This document shows, one piece after another, positions 52,166 through 62,206 of a DNA stretch of 64,000 nucleotides. The translations under genes and the position numbers were made by a program. The stretch is from Terriglobia bacterium. GTDB lineage: Bacteria > Acidobacteriota > Terriglobia > 20CM-2-55-15. The notes below the pieces were generated by a model that was not told the DNA's origin, ran no database searches, and saw only the letters and a list, made by a program, of their open reading frames with translations. The DNA lies in the NCBI GenBank assembly GCA_963664115.2, contig CAXWPJ010000009.1:352001-416000 (forward strand), in the 5' to 3' direction. The first letter of the stretch is position 1, and each line of letters opens with the position of its first letter.

Positions 52166-53188
52166 CTACTGCAGCCAGTTCAGCGTTCCGTTGGCCAGTT
52201 CGCGTTCCGGCAGATAACCGTTGCGTACCACCCCGGCGTTTCCTGTCTCAGTTCGCCGGCCACCGTGCTGGGATAGCAGCTCTGCCAATTCGGCTTCCAC
52301 TGCGCGTTGGATCAGTTGCTGTGCCCCAACTCGTAGTAGTTCTGTTACTGGATCCTCAATCGTTTCTCGACCTTCCGGTCCATTCACGTTACTCTTGCTC
52401 ACAGTGGCGTATCTCCTATGGTTGCTTTGAAGTTTTGTCACAACCACTGCAAGACCTGCAGCAGCCAGTTCAGCGTTCCGTTGGCGTGTTTCCAAGGCTT
52501 TGTTGAACCAGTCATCTGCCATGGCCAGAAGCTCTTCCCTCTGAGCCAACGCTTCTTCGTCTTCCGTATCTTCCGGAATCAATTCGGCGGCTTGGCGGTA
52601 GAGCAGGTTCTTATAGCTCATCGCATCTTCGTAGGTCTCACGGAGTTCCAGTGCACGATCGAGGTGCATTTGCCCTTCCTCGATCAAACTGGCAATTTCT
52701 TCAGGCTCCCGCTCGATGGTCTTGTTAAAAACGATCATCCAGTTGACGCTTCCCACACTGTAGTGCGCTACGGGATCGTCCGGGGCGATTTCGACCTGCC
52801 TCACGTAGCTTGCGCGGGCCAGATCGATCTGGTTTGTGTTCTGGTAGATACTGGCCAAGCCCGCCAGGGCTGTGGTGTTGTCTGGATCACCCTGAAGGAC
52901 GCTCTGGAAGGTCTGAACCGCCATATCGGCGTTGCGCTGGTTATCCGGGCCGACCGCACCCGGTATAAACTGCTGCAAATAGGCCATTCCCAGATACAAT
53001 TCGGCCTCGATGAGTTCGGGGTCCAACTGCGTGGCCTCCTCGAAAAACTCCGCGGCACCTTGATAGTCGGATTCACCGTAGGCTCTCACGCCCTTGTTGA
53101 GATTGTCCCTCGCACCCAGATAATCGCAACCGCTCATGCTCAACGCGAGGAAAGCGCTGAGAACGAAAAACAGTTTCTTGTCCCGCAT
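52166..53188 (-). CDS. TPR-repeat lipoprotein whose C-terminus is fused in frame to an IS256 transposase fragment
   Basis: Lipobox SMSGC and TPRs up to ~aa 245; the last ~80 aa are transposase-like. Confidence 0.85.
   Translation of the reverse strand: MRDKKLFFVLSAFLALSMSGCDYLGARDNLNKGVRAYGESDYQGAAEFFEEATQLDPELIEAELYLGMAYLQQFIPGAVGPDNQRNADMAVQTFQSVLQGDPDNTTALAGLASIYQNTNQIDLARASYVRQVEIAPDDPVAHYSVGSVNWMIVFNKTIEREPEEIASLIEEGQMHLDRALELRETYEDAMSYKNLLYRQAAELIPEDTEDEEALAQREELLAMADDWFNKALETRQRNAELAAAGLAVVVTKLQSNHRRYATVSKSNVNGPEGRETIEDPVTELLRVGAQQLIQRAVEAELAELLSQHGGRRTETGNAGVVRNGYLPERELANGTLNWLQ
52171..52485. repeat. 25-bp direct repeat bracketing the IS256 remnant
   Basis: GCAGCCAGTTCAGCGTTCCGTTGGC at 52171-52195 and 52461-52485. 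Confidence 0.92.
52196..52447 (-). mobile_element. IS256-family remnant (left end plus transposase N-terminus)
   Basis: Putative end GTGGTTGTGACAAAACT, AGGAGA RBS, GTG at 52402, then DPVTELLRVGAQQLIQRAVEAELAELL...VVRNGYLPERE, typical of IS256/Mutator transposases. Confidence 0.8.
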
Positions 53189-53211
53189 GTAGTCCCTACC
53201 TCCAGGTTCCT

Positions 53212-53655
53212 CTAATTGCCGCCCACAATCTCCGCTGTGATCTGCTCGGTCATCAGACCAACCTTATCCACGCCGGAGCCCTTGGCAATATCGATCACCT
53301 GAATCACGTCATTGAAAAGAAGCTCCGGATCCGCGTTGACGAAGATGGTCCGGTCATTGCGGGTTTTGAAGATATCCTGCAACTGTGTACCCAGGGTTCT
53401 GAGATCCGACTGATCCTGGTTGATCCTAATTTGACCCCGATCGTCGATCGACACCACGATGGTGCGATTCTCTTCATCCGGTGGTGGTGGCGGTGTGCCC
53501 GGCGGAGGCGGCTGGGGCACAGCAGCATCCAGCCCGCTGGGTATCAGGGGCGTGATCACCATGAAGATCACCAACAGCACCAGCAGGATGTCTATCAGCG
53601 GTGTGATGTTGATATCGGACGACGCCGCTAGTTTCTTGCCATATTTTACTGCCAT
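53212..53655 (-). CDS. ExbD/TolR-family protein
   Basis: INITPLIDILLVLLVIFMV TM with conserved Asp. Confidence 0.93.
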   Translation of the reverse strand: MAVKYGKKLAASSDINITPLIDILLVLLVIFMVITPLIPSGLDAAVPQPPPPGTPPPPPDEENRTIVVSIDDRGQIRINQDQSDLRTLGTQLQDIFKTRNDRTIFVNADPELLFNDVIQVIDIAKGSGVDKVGLMTEQITAEIVGGN

Positions 53656-53669
53656 CGGCTCCTCCTCCG

Positions 53670-54101
53670 TTACTGCCGGACCGCCGAGTCAAGCCGTTCG
53701 GTCAGCAGACCGATGCGGTCGACACCAGCGGCACGAACGGTGTCCACAACCGCAACGACGTCGCCATAACGAGCGCGGAAATCGCTCTTGACGTAGACCG
53801 TCTTATCAAGCCTTCCCGTCAGTATGTTGACTACGAGTCCCGGCAACTCCTCTAAACGCACATCGTCGGCGCCAAGGAAGAACTTCCCGTCGCGTGTCAC
53901 CGATACCAGAACAGCATCTTCCGCATCGGCGTCCTGCATGTCGACCGGATTGGTCGTCTGTGCCAGTTCGACACTGACGCCTTTCTGCAACATGGGAGTG
54001 ATCACCATGAAAATAATTAACAAAACCAGCATGACGTCCGCCATCGGTGTCACGTTGATATCCGATTGTATCCCGCCGCGCTGACTGCCGCCCATTCCCA
54101 T
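53670..54101 (-). CDS. ExbD/TolR-family protein
   Basis: INVTPMADVMLVLLIIFMV, YGDVV.V.D. Confidence 0.93.
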   Translation of the reverse strand: MGMGGSQRGGIQSDINVTPMADVMLVLLIIFMVITPMLQKGVSVELAQTTNPVDMQDADAEDAVLVSVTRDGKFFLGADDVRLEELPGLVVNILTGRLDKTVYVKSDFRARYGDVVAVVDTVRAAGVDRIGLLTERLDSAVRQ

Positions 54102-54107
54102 GACTGA

Positions 54108-54824
54108 TTAACCTCGCTTCTTGATGAAGTAGTCGATCAACTCGGAAGAAGAGTTGGACATTTCGATCTGGAACGCTTCCACGCGATTGCTGAAGGCGTT
54201 GTATGCCCACACTGCGGGAACCGCAACGAAAAGGCCAAACGCGGTCGCCACAAGCGCCTCGGAAATACCTCCAGCGACAGCGGAAAGACCAGCTGTCTGC
54301 TCACTCGACATACCCTGAAACGCGTTGATGATGCCGATGGTCGTACCGAAAAGCCCCACGAATGGTGCGGTGGCGCCAATCGTTGCCAAACCGGAAAGGC
54401 CACGCTTCAATTCGGCGTTTACGATCGCCTCCGCACGTTCCAGAGCACGTCGGGAGGATCCGATCTGCTCGCCGGATAATTCTGTCGACGCCCCTTGGGA
54501 TCGAAACTCCTGCAACCCAGCCTCAACGACCTTGGCCAAGTGACTGCGGTTGCTTTGTTCGGCCACGCTGATTGCCTCTTCGATTTTACCTTCCTTGAGG
54601 CAACCGGCAACGGCTGGCGCAAACTCGCGGGATTGTTTCCGGGCCTGGCTGTAAGCGATGTAGCGGTCTACCATCACACCAAAAGACCACATGGACATCA
54701 GTGCCAAGACGACAACAACAGCCTTAGCTATTAAACCCATCTGGGACCACATGGAACGCAGGTCGAAACCGATGGCCTCCTGGAGCAGCATCATTCCCAT
54801 AAAGTTGAGCTTAAAAAGCAGCAT
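54108..54824 (-). CDS. MotA/TolQ/ExbB proton channel protein
   Basis: [29 protein letters not shown]. Confidence 0.95.
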   Translation of the reverse strand: MLLFKLNFMGMMLLQEAIGFDLRSMWSQMGLIAKAVVVVLALMSMWSFGVMVDRYIAYSQARKQSREFAPAVAGCLKEGKIEEAISVAEQSNRSHLAKVVEAGLQEFRSQGASTELSGEQIGSSRRALERAEAIVNAELKRGLSGLATIGATAPFVGLFGTTIGIINAFQGMSSEQTAGLSAVAGGISEALVATAFGLFVAVPAVWAYNAFSNRVEAFQIEMSNSSSELIDYFIKKRG

Positions 54825-54929
54825 AAGATCAGAATCCTCCTAACTGAATTCGTAACTAAATGTCTTTCGTACGCATGATTGCGGACAAACTCGAAATACC
54901 TTCAAATTAACGGCGACAGCCCGCAGACT

Positions 54930-55682
54930 CTAGTTCAGTGTGAACGTAACGGAGATCGTCGTCACAACCGGTACGGGCTGACCGTTGAGAAGAGTCGGTT
55001 CGTACCGCCACCGGCTCACAGCTTCGACGGCTGCGGGCGCCAACAGCGGATGACCGGTGATAATCCTCAGATTCTCAATGGTTCCTTCCGTATTGATATT
55101 CGCTTCCAGCAACACAACCCCCTGAATCCGGGCCTGTCGAGCCAGGTCCGGGTAGCGAGGCGGCGTTTGGTCGATAATACTTGCGGCCTGGGCACCCGCA
55201 CTCACTCGGAGCCGTTCTGGCGCCGGCGGTGGTGGCGGCGGTGGTGGTGGCGGTGGCGGTGGTGGTGCTGCAGCTGCCTGAGCGGAAAGCACGCCCCCCA
55301 GGACGCCACTCAAGATGCCAGTATTTGTTCCTCCAACGACACCACTCACTGCGGGCGGCGGACCCTCATCCACGATCCGGGCAATCTCGTCTGGAATCTC
55401 TGTCGGGGCAACCATGGCCCCGGGATCGATCTGGATTTCGGTCACGACGATCGGAGCCTCCGGTATGATCTCCTCCGGTGGTGGTGGTGGCGGTGGTGGC
55501 GGTGGTGGTGGTGCAACCAGGAATGTCAGCAGGTCCTGGGCCGGTAGAGCTTCTGTGTAGATCAACGGAATCAAGACCATCACACTAAGAAGCACTACGT
55601 GAATGACAAGCGAAAGCAACACCGTGGCGGGCTTCTTCCCAGTGTTTCCTCCCGCAGTTTCCAGCAAGGAATCTTCGAACAT
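54930..55682 (-). CDS. TonB-family energy transducer
   Basis: TM SLVIH, poly-Pro tracts, TonB_C domain (YP..ARQARIQGVV..WRYEP..NGQPV). Confidence 0.93.
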   Translation of the reverse strand: MFEDSLLETAGGNTGKKPATVLLSLVIHVVLLSVMVLIPLIYTEALPAQDLLTFLVAPPPPPPPPPPPPEEIIPEAPIVVTEIQIDPGAMVAPTEIPDEIARIVDEGPPPAVSGVVGGTNTGILSGVLGGVLSAQAAAAPPPPPPPPPPPPPPAPERLRVSAGAQAASIIDQTPPRYPDLARQARIQGVVLLEANINTEGTIENLRIITGHPLLAPAAVEAVSRWRYEPTLLNGQPVPVVTTISVTFTLN

Positions 55683-55862
55683 GACGCTGTCTTACCTCCC
55701 TAAATAAGACTCTCAGCTTCGCTGCCTTAAAGCCACCAATGTCCTGACAGATTAGGCGTGCGGGTTAGATCCCCTACAGCTGATTTCACACAACCGAAAC
55801 GACAGGCTACGCAACAAAGGCGATTAGAACAACAATTTCGGCGGCTAAACTAAGGAGCGATC

Positions 55863-55892
55863 CTTATACCAACCGATCCGATGGCCTGTCAA
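55863..55892 (-). promoter_or_regulatory. Sigma70-type promoter upstream of tonB
   Basis: TTGACA-18 nt-TATAAG with TG extended -10. Confidence 0.6.
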
Positions 55893-55936
55893 CTACTGAA
55901 TACCCCATACTCGCTACCGACTTAGCCCTGTTCGTG

Positions 55937-56866
55937 TCAGGCCGCGGCGCGTGCTTTCGCACGCAATTTGTACATGTCGTAGATAAGCACCATAGGCGCG
56001 GCCACGGCGATCGAAGAGTAGGTTCCTACGAGCACTCCTATGACGAGCGCAAACGCGAAGTTGTTGATCACATCACCGCCAAAAAAATACATTGCCAGGC
56101 CTGCAACCAACGTGAGCCCCGAGGTCAGAATGGTCCGGCTCAGAGTCTGGTTGATGCTTCTGTTCAATATCGACTCGAAAGTCATTCTCCGGCTCAGCCT
56201 GAGGTTTTCACGGACGCGATCGAAAACGACTATCGTATCGTTGACAGAATACCCGACCAGCGTCAACAAGGCGGCGATCACGGTAAGGTTGATTTCTTTG
56301 TCGAAAATCGAAAAGAACCCGAGCGTGATCAACGTGTCGTGAAACACCGCAAATACTGCGGCAACACCATAAATCCACTCGAATCGGAACGCAATATATA
56401 TCAGAATGCCGCCCAACGCGTAAAGCGTAGCCAGGACGGCCTGTCTGCGAAGGTCGGACCCCATCTTGGGGCCAACCGAGTCCGAAGTCAGAATCTCAAA
56501 CTGGCCCGCAAATCCCTCGTTCAGGGCTTCGGTAATGACCTCTCGACCCCGTGCCAGATCTTCTTCAACAAGCGCTTGTTCAACCTGAATCAGGATGTCG
56601 AATCCGCTGCCGGACCCGGATAATTCCTGAATCTGGCTGTCTGGGGCACCTCCTTCGCGAAGCAGATCCCGAATTCGGTCGATCTCAACCGGTTCGTCGA
56701 AACGCACGGTCATGATCGCCCCCCCCTGAAAATCCACGCCATAGCGCAGGGAACCCTTCCCCACCACAGAGGCCAAACCCACGATCAACAAAATCGCAGA
56801 TAGGCCAAAGAACCTACGCCGGTTACGCAGCCAATCGAACTTGAGACCACCGAAAAATTCGATCAT
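55937..56866 (-). CDS. secF: Protein translocase subunit SecF
   Basis: GVDFQGG, VGP, GYSVNDTIVVFDRVRE, TLSRT, GTYSS. Confidence 0.97.
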   Translation of the reverse strand: MIEFFGGLKFDWLRNRRRFFGLSAILLIVGLASVVGKGSLRYGVDFQGGAIMTVRFDEPVEIDRIRDLLREGGAPDSQIQELSGSGSGFDILIQVEQALVEEDLARGREVITEALNEGFAGQFEILTSDSVGPKMGSDLRRQAVLATLYALGGILIYIAFRFEWIYGVAAVFAVFHDTLITLGFFSIFDKEINLTVIAALLTLVGYSVNDTIVVFDRVRENLRLSRRMTFESILNRSINQTLSRTILTSGLTLVAGLAMYFFGGDVINNFAFALVIGVLVGTYSSIAVAAPMVLIYDMYKLRAKARAAA

Positions 56867-56972
56867 TCAGCCTTTACCTATTGTGTAGACACCGGGAGAC
56901 CGGGGTTGTTCCCGGTAATTGTTCTTGGACCTGACCCATCACCCCAATCTCCGGACCGGGCTCATCGTCAAA

Positions 56973-58580
56973 TTAGATGCTCAGGGTTGCAACGCGTTCG
57001 GACCGTCCGAGAAGCCATTCAAACAGAGTCCGCGAAACGAACACCGCCGTGAACACATTCGCCACCAGCCCGATAATCAGTGTTACCGCAAAACCCTTGA
57101 CTGGCCCTGACCCGAACAAAAACAGAAACATGGCAGAAATCATCGCTGCCAGATGCGTGTCGACGATCGTGATAAAGACACGATTGAAGCTGGTTACCAC
57201 CGAAGATACGGCTGTTTTCCCCGAGCGCAATTCTTCGCGGATCCTCTCGAAGATCAAAATGTTCGAATCGATTCCCACACCGATCATCAAGATGATACCG
57301 GCAATTCCGGGCAGTGTCAGCACCGCTTCGAAATAAGCCAGCGCGCCGAACAGGATCAGGATATTCAACAGCATCGCGATGGCCGCATTGACTCCTGCCA
57401 ACCTGTAATAGAAAAGCATAAACACGAGAACAACCACAAGAGAGACCACGCCCGCGAAAACACCCTGGCGGATGGAATCCTGTCCAAGAGAGGGACCGAC
57501 AACCCGCTCTTCGAGGTACTCCAGGGAGGCCGGAAGCGCACCGGAACGAAGCACCAGGGACAAATCCTGTGACTCTTGAAGGGTAAAACCTGCGGCACCA
57601 CCCGTGATAATTCCCGAGTCGGTTATTCGGGCGTCGATCCGAGGTGCGGACTGAATGCGGCCATCAAGAATGATCGCCAGTGATCGGCCGATATTCTCCT
57701 CAGTGGCCCGTCCGAACCTCTGAGATCCGTCGGCCGTCAGATTGAAGGTTACCGCGGGACGGCCATTCTGATCGCGGGACGGAAAAGCGCCTTTCAGGTC
57801 CCGCCCCGTGATAGATGCGAGGCGCTCGACCGAATACCAGGCTTCCCCGCCCATGTTTAAGGTTATTTCGGGCTGACTCGATTCCATCAGCTCCAGATTC
57901 GGCGGTAAGACTCCGCCGTAAGTCTGGGTCAGTAACTGTTGCGTAGGGAAGGGTCCGGCATCGACGATTTTCAGTTCCAGTAGAGCCGTGGACTGCATGA
58001 TGCGCTTAACCCGTTCCGGGTCGTCGACTCCTGGCAGCTGCACCAGGATTTCGTATTCGCCAGGACCACCGTGTTCTTGAATTACCGGTTCGGTCACCCC
58101 GAGCTGATCGATTCGGTTTCGGATGGTTTGAATTGCCTGATCCACCGATTGATCGCGGTAAAAATTCTCCGTAGCCCTATCGAGTTGCATCACGTAGGTG
58201 TTGGGTACGGGTCCGGCTGTAGAAGCCAGCAACCACTCCGGAAACTGGTCGTTCAGGATCTGGCGCACTTCCTGATCTCTTGCCGGATCGACGCCGACGA
58301 ACTGGAAGCGCCCGTTCGCCAAACGCTCCTCCTGCCGAAAGAGAATGCTGTCGGCTTCTAAAAACTCGCCCATGCGTTCAATCGCCAGATCGGTCTCGGC
58401 GCGGATGGCGTCATCGGTCACGACGCCCAACACAATATGGGTCCCGCCTCTCAGATCCAGACCCAGACGAATCTTGTCCTGCATTTTTGCGAGACTCGGC
58501 GGAAAGCCCGCGAACAACATGATTGCAGAGGCAGCCACGAGCAGCGTGACGATCATACGGTTGCGAATTCTATTGGACAT
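56973..58580 (-). CDS. secD: Protein translocase subunit SecD
   Basis: LGLDLRGG, LRSGALP, VGPSLG, TLPGIAG, N.LIFERIREE. Confidence 0.97.
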   Translation of the reverse strand: MSNRIRNRMIVTLLVAASAIMLFAGFPPSLAKMQDKIRLGLDLRGGTHIVLGVVTDDAIRAETDLAIERMGEFLEADSILFRQEERLANGRFQFVGVDPARDQEVRQILNDQFPEWLLASTAGPVPNTYVMQLDRATENFYRDQSVDQAIQTIRNRIDQLGVTEPVIQEHGGPGEYEILVQLPGVDDPERVKRIMQSTALLELKIVDAGPFPTQQLLTQTYGGVLPPNLELMESSQPEITLNMGGEAWYSVERLASITGRDLKGAFPSRDQNGRPAVTFNLTADGSQRFGRATEENIGRSLAIILDGRIQSAPRIDARITDSGIITGGAAGFTLQESQDLSLVLRSGALPASLEYLEERVVGPSLGQDSIRQGVFAGVVSLVVVLVFMLFYYRLAGVNAAIAMLLNILILFGALAYFEAVLTLPGIAGIILMIGVGIDSNILIFERIREELRSGKTAVSSVVTSFNRVFITIVDTHLAAMISAMFLFLFGSGPVKGFAVTLIIGLVANVFTAVFVSRTLFEWLLGRSERVATLSI

Positions 58581-58586
58581 ATGTGC

Positions 58587-58892
58587 TTATTCTTGATCCG
58601 GTTGTTGCATTGAAGCTACGGCGTTTCTGGAAACATCGACCTTGACGTTTTCCGCAATTCTCAGCCCCAGCTTGTCTCCTCGAAGAGCGACGACGGTTCC
58701 AAAAAGGCCTCCCGTTGTAATAACCTTATCACCCGTTTTCAGCCCATCGATCATCCCCTGAATCTTCTTCTGCCGCCGCCGGGCGGGAAGAAATACGATG
58801 AGGTAGAAGATTCCGATTATGAAGATCAGGGGCAGGAACGCGGCCAGACCTCCGGTCTGGGGGGCTGGCTGCTGCAAGATCACCAAAAACAC
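58587..58892 (-). CDS. yajC: Preprotein translocase subunit YajC
   Basis: TM helix, GDKVITTGG.FG; lies between tgt and secD. Confidence 0.93.
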   Translation of the reverse strand: MFLVILQQPAPQTGGLAAFLPLIFIIGIFYLIVFLPARRRQKKIQGMIDGLKTGDKVITTGGLFGTVVALRGDKLGLRIAENVKVDVSRNAVASMQQPDQE

Positions 58893-58924
58893 GCGGAACC
58901 TCCGGAACGAAAAAACGGGCCCAG

Positions 58925-60037
58925 TTACTGGGCCCCCGCATTCCTCGTAACAGTTAAAAGCTCACTAAATCCTTCAAATTCAATAAAATGCCTTATTTTC
59001 CGCATGGTGTCAAGATAGAAAAACAAGTTATGGGTCGTGTTGAGCACCGAGGAAAGAATCTCCTTTGCGATGAACAGATGCCGCAGGTAGGCACGAGAAT
59101 ACTTCGCACAAACCGGGCATCGACAGCCCTCTTCGATCGGTCTCTCGTCGCTGAGATATTTCGCATGCCGAATAACGATGTGACCGTCACGGGTAAAGAG
59201 CCAACCGTTTCGCGCGTGCCGGGTGGGCATCACGCAGTCGAACATGTCGACACCCCTGGCTACACACTCAACCAAGTTCTCCGGCGTCCCTACGCCCATC
59301 AGATAGCGCGGACGATCAGAGGGTAGCAGCGGATCCATTTGCTCGACGGTGTCATACATCTGGGCTAGGGGTTCTCCCACCCCAAGCCCGCCAATCGCAT
59401 AACCTTCGAAAGCCGTTTCGACCAGACGTGCGACACTTTCCCTCCGCAGGTCCGGATAGACTGACCCTTGAACAATGCCGAAAACGGTCTGCGGTTCTCC
59501 ACCGACCTCATCGAAGCGTTTTCGGCTGCGTTCGGCCCAGCCCATGGACCGTTGCATCGATTGTTCAGCTTCCTGGCGACTGGCCGGATAGCCCAGGCAA
59601 TCGTCCAGGACCATCAACACATCGGAACCCAAAGCCAGCTGCACATCGATGGCTATTTCCGGAGACAGAAAAGCCGCACTCCCATCCAGATGCGAGCGGA
59701 ACGAAACACCATCGTCGTCGATTTTCCGAAGCTTGCTCAAGCTGTACACCTGGTAGCCACCGCTGTCGGTAAGGATGGGACCGGACCACCCCATGAATCG
59801 GTGGAGCCCGCCGAGATCACTGATGACTTCGTGGCCCGGCCTGAGAAACAAATGATATGCATTCGACAGAATCATCTCGGCGCCCAGGTCGCGTAATTGC
59901 TCCGGTGTCATGCCTTTGACGGTTCCCTGTGTCCCGACCGGCATGAACGCGGGCGTTTCAACTATCCCGTGACTGGTGTGCAGACGGCCGCGCCGCGCAC
60001 CGGTGTGAGGGTCGTTCTTAATGACTTCAAACTGCAT
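58925..60037 (-). CDS. tgt: Queuine tRNA-ribosyltransferase
   Basis: TPAFMPVGT, LTDSGGYQV, GIVQG, PRYLMGVG, DMFDCVMPTR, CxCxxC. Confidence 0.97.
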   Translation of the reverse strand: MQFEVIKNDPHTGARRGRLHTSHGIVETPAFMPVGTQGTVKGMTPEQLRDLGAEMILSNAYHLFLRPGHEVISDLGGLHRFMGWSGPILTDSGGYQVYSLSKLRKIDDDGVSFRSHLDGSAAFLSPEIAIDVQLALGSDVLMVLDDCLGYPASRQEAEQSMQRSMGWAERSRKRFDEVGGEPQTVFGIVQGSVYPDLRRESVARLVETAFEGYAIGGLGVGEPLAQMYDTVEQMDPLLPSDRPRYLMGVGTPENLVECVARGVDMFDCVMPTRHARNGWLFTRDGHIVIRHAKYLSDERPIEEGCRCPVCAKYSRAYLRHLFIAKEILSSVLNTTHNLFFYLDTMRKIRHFIEFEGFSELLTVTRNAGAQ

Positions 60038-60055
60038 TCATTAACGGGGCGCCTG

Positions 60056-60114
60056 CGGCTCCAACAAGTGAAATCTACGGCTCCAACAAGTGAAATCTAC
60101 GGCTCCAACAAGTG
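60056..60114 (+). repeat. 22-bp tandem repeat, 2.7 copies
   Basis: CGGCTCCAACAAGTGAAATCTA x2 plus CGGCTCCAACAAGTG. Confidence 0.93.
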
Positions 60115-60178
60115 TCGCCGTTTTCGGGCTCTCACGAGTGTAGCTGCTGCATTGCTCGTCATTCATCACTTCCGACGG

Positions 60179-61147
60179 TCAATTAACGAGGTGGCAGGCG
60201 CCGAGACGGCCGTCAGCGAGCTTCTTTAGAGGAGGTTCTTCAGTGCGACAACGGTCGATGACAATGGGGCAGCGCGTGTGAAACCGACAACCCGCGGGAG
60301 GGTTGATGGGCGTGGGCACATCCCCGTGGAGCACGATCCGCTCCCGTTTCCGCCCCGGTTCCGGTATTGGAACAGCACTCAGCAGCGCCTGGGTATACGG
60401 ATGCCTTGGATCCGTGCAGATCTGAGCGCTGGTGCCGATCTCGACGATCTTTCCCAGATACATGACGCCGATTCGGTTGGAGATGTGTTCGATGACGGGA
60501 ATGCCGTGCGAAATAAAGAGGTAAGTCAGGCCGAAATCCTTCTGAAGGTCGGCCAGCAAGTTGATGATCTGTGCCTGAATCGAAACGTCCAGCGCAGAAA
60601 CCGGCTCGTCGGCCACGATCAGCTTCGGTTTCATGGCCAGTGCGCGCGCGATTCCTATTCTCTGACGCTGTCCGCCGCTGAATTCGTGCGGGTACCGACT
60701 GCCAACCCCGGGATCGAGGCCGACCGTCCTGAGCAGTTCCTCCACGCGCTGCTCTCTCTCCGACCCATGGGCCGTACCATGGATGGCAAACGGTTCTCCA
60801 ACGATAGCTCTGACCGGCATTCGCGGGTTTAACGAGGCATACGGATCCTGGAAAATGATCTGCATATCACGACGGCGGCGGCGCAAGTCGCGGGCACTGA
60901 GCCCCCGCAGGTCAATCCCGTCGAACTCGATCTCTCCCGCGTCGGGCTCAATCAGCCGGAGAACGGCTCGGCCAGTCGTTGTCTTCCCGCAGCCCGACTC
61001 CCCAACCAACCCGAGCGTCTCGCCACGGCGTATGGAAAAGCTCACGTCGTCGACAGCCTTGACATAGTCGGAAACCCGCGACAACATTCCCCTCTTTATC
61101 GGGAAATACTTGCGCAGGTTGCGGACTTCAAGGAGGTTTTCAGACAT
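60179..61147 (-). CDS. Oligopeptide/dipeptide ABC ATP-binding protein (OppF/DppF-like)
   Basis: [32 protein letters not shown]-terminal Cys motif. Confidence 0.93.
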   Translation of the reverse strand: MSENLLEVRNLRKYFPIKRGMLSRVSDYVKAVDDVSFSIRRGETLGLVGESGCGKTTTGRAVLRLIEPDAGEIEFDGIDLRGLSARDLRRRRRDMQIIFQDPYASLNPRMPVRAIVGEPFAIHGTAHGSEREQRVEELLRTVGLDPGVGSRYPHEFSGGQRQRIGIARALAMKPKLIVADEPVSALDVSIQAQIINLLADLQKDFGLTYLFISHGIPVIEHISNRIGVMYLGKIVEIGTSAQICTDPRHPYTQALLSAVPIPEPGRKRERIVLHGDVPTPINPPAGCRFHTRCPIVIDRCRTEEPPLKKLADGRLGACHLVN

Positions 61148-62111
61148 GGATACACCGAGCCTGGTGGTCACCGTTGATCCAATCGAAGCCAATCTCTGAT
61201 TCGCTACACTCAGCCGTCGCCTTGTTGCAACGGGGCGCGAAAGCACACCCCCGAGGCAGATCGAGCAAGTTCGGGACGACTCCTTCGACCACGTCTAATT
61301 TCCCCTGCCGATGGAGACTCGATCCCAATTTCGGAATCGAGCGGAGCAAACCTTCAGTGTAGGGATGCCGCGGCTCTTCAAATACCGCTCTGGCCGTGCC
61401 GATTTCTACGATCTTGCCCGCGTACATGACCGCAACAGTATCTGCCACTTCGGCCACTACACCGAGGTCATGGGAAATAAGCATTAAGGAAAGGTTATAT
61501 TCCTCACGCAGCTGTACCAGGAGTTCTAGAATCTGTGCCTGTATCGTTACGTCGAGCGCAGTCGTGGGTTCGTCCGCGATCAGGAGCGTGGGTTTGCAAA
61601 CAAGGGCCATGGCGATCATAACCCGCTGACGCATCCCTCCCGAAAGCTGGTGAGGATAGTCCTGGGCGCGGCGCTCCGGGTCCGGTATGGCGACCGCCCG
61701 CATGGCTTCAACAGCGCGGTCCCAGGCCGCAGTCCGGGACACGTCCTCGTGAGCCAGGACCGATTCTGCGATCTGATAGCCAATCTTCAGAACCGGATTC
61801 AGCGCAGTCATCGGTTCTTGAAAAATCATGGCAACTTTGCTGCCACGCAACCGCCTCATTTCCACGGAATTCAGCTCGAGGATGTCTTGACCGTCGAGGA
61901 GGATCTCTCCACCCACAACGCGCCCCGGTCCGTCCACGAGGCGGAGAATCGAAAGCGCGGTCACGCTCTTACCCGAGCCGCTCTCACCGACCAACCCGAG
62001 TGTCCTGCCCCGGCCTATGGAAAACGACACATCATCGACGGCCTTGACGACACCGTCATCCGTAAAAAATTGCGTCTTCAGATTTCGCACTTCAAGTATG
62101 TTGGCACTCAA
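61140..62111 (-). CDS. Oligopeptide/dipeptide ABC ATP-binding protein (OppD/DppD-like)
   Basis: [39 protein letters not shown]. Confidence 0.93.
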   Translation of the reverse strand: MSANILEVRNLKTQFFTDDGVVKAVDDVSFSIGRGRTLGLVGESGSGKSVTALSILRLVDGPGRVVGGEILLDGQDILELNSVEMRRLRGSKVAMIFQEPMTALNPVLKIGYQIAESVLAHEDVSRTAAWDRAVEAMRAVAIPDPERRAQDYPHQLSGGMRQRVMIAMALVCKPTLLIADEPTTALDVTIQAQILELLVQLREEYNLSLMLISHDLGVVAEVADTVAVMYAGKIVEIGTARAVFEEPRHPYTEGLLRSIPKLGSSLHRQGKLDVVEGVVPNLLDLPRGCAFAPRCNKATAECSESEIGFDWINGDHQARCIHV

Positions 62112-62206
62112 TCTCTCACCGCCTCACACCGACTATCGAATATCGTCGGAAATGCTAGCACAGACCAAGCTACGGAACATTGAAAGGGGACGGGTCAATT
62201 ACTAAA

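Noticed and set aside
55222-55513. (GGT/GGC)n microsatellites
   Set aside because: They encode the normal poly-proline tracts of TonB.
60056-60114. Mini CRISPR array
   Set aside because: The units between repeats are identical 7-mers, not unique spacers, and there are no cas genes.
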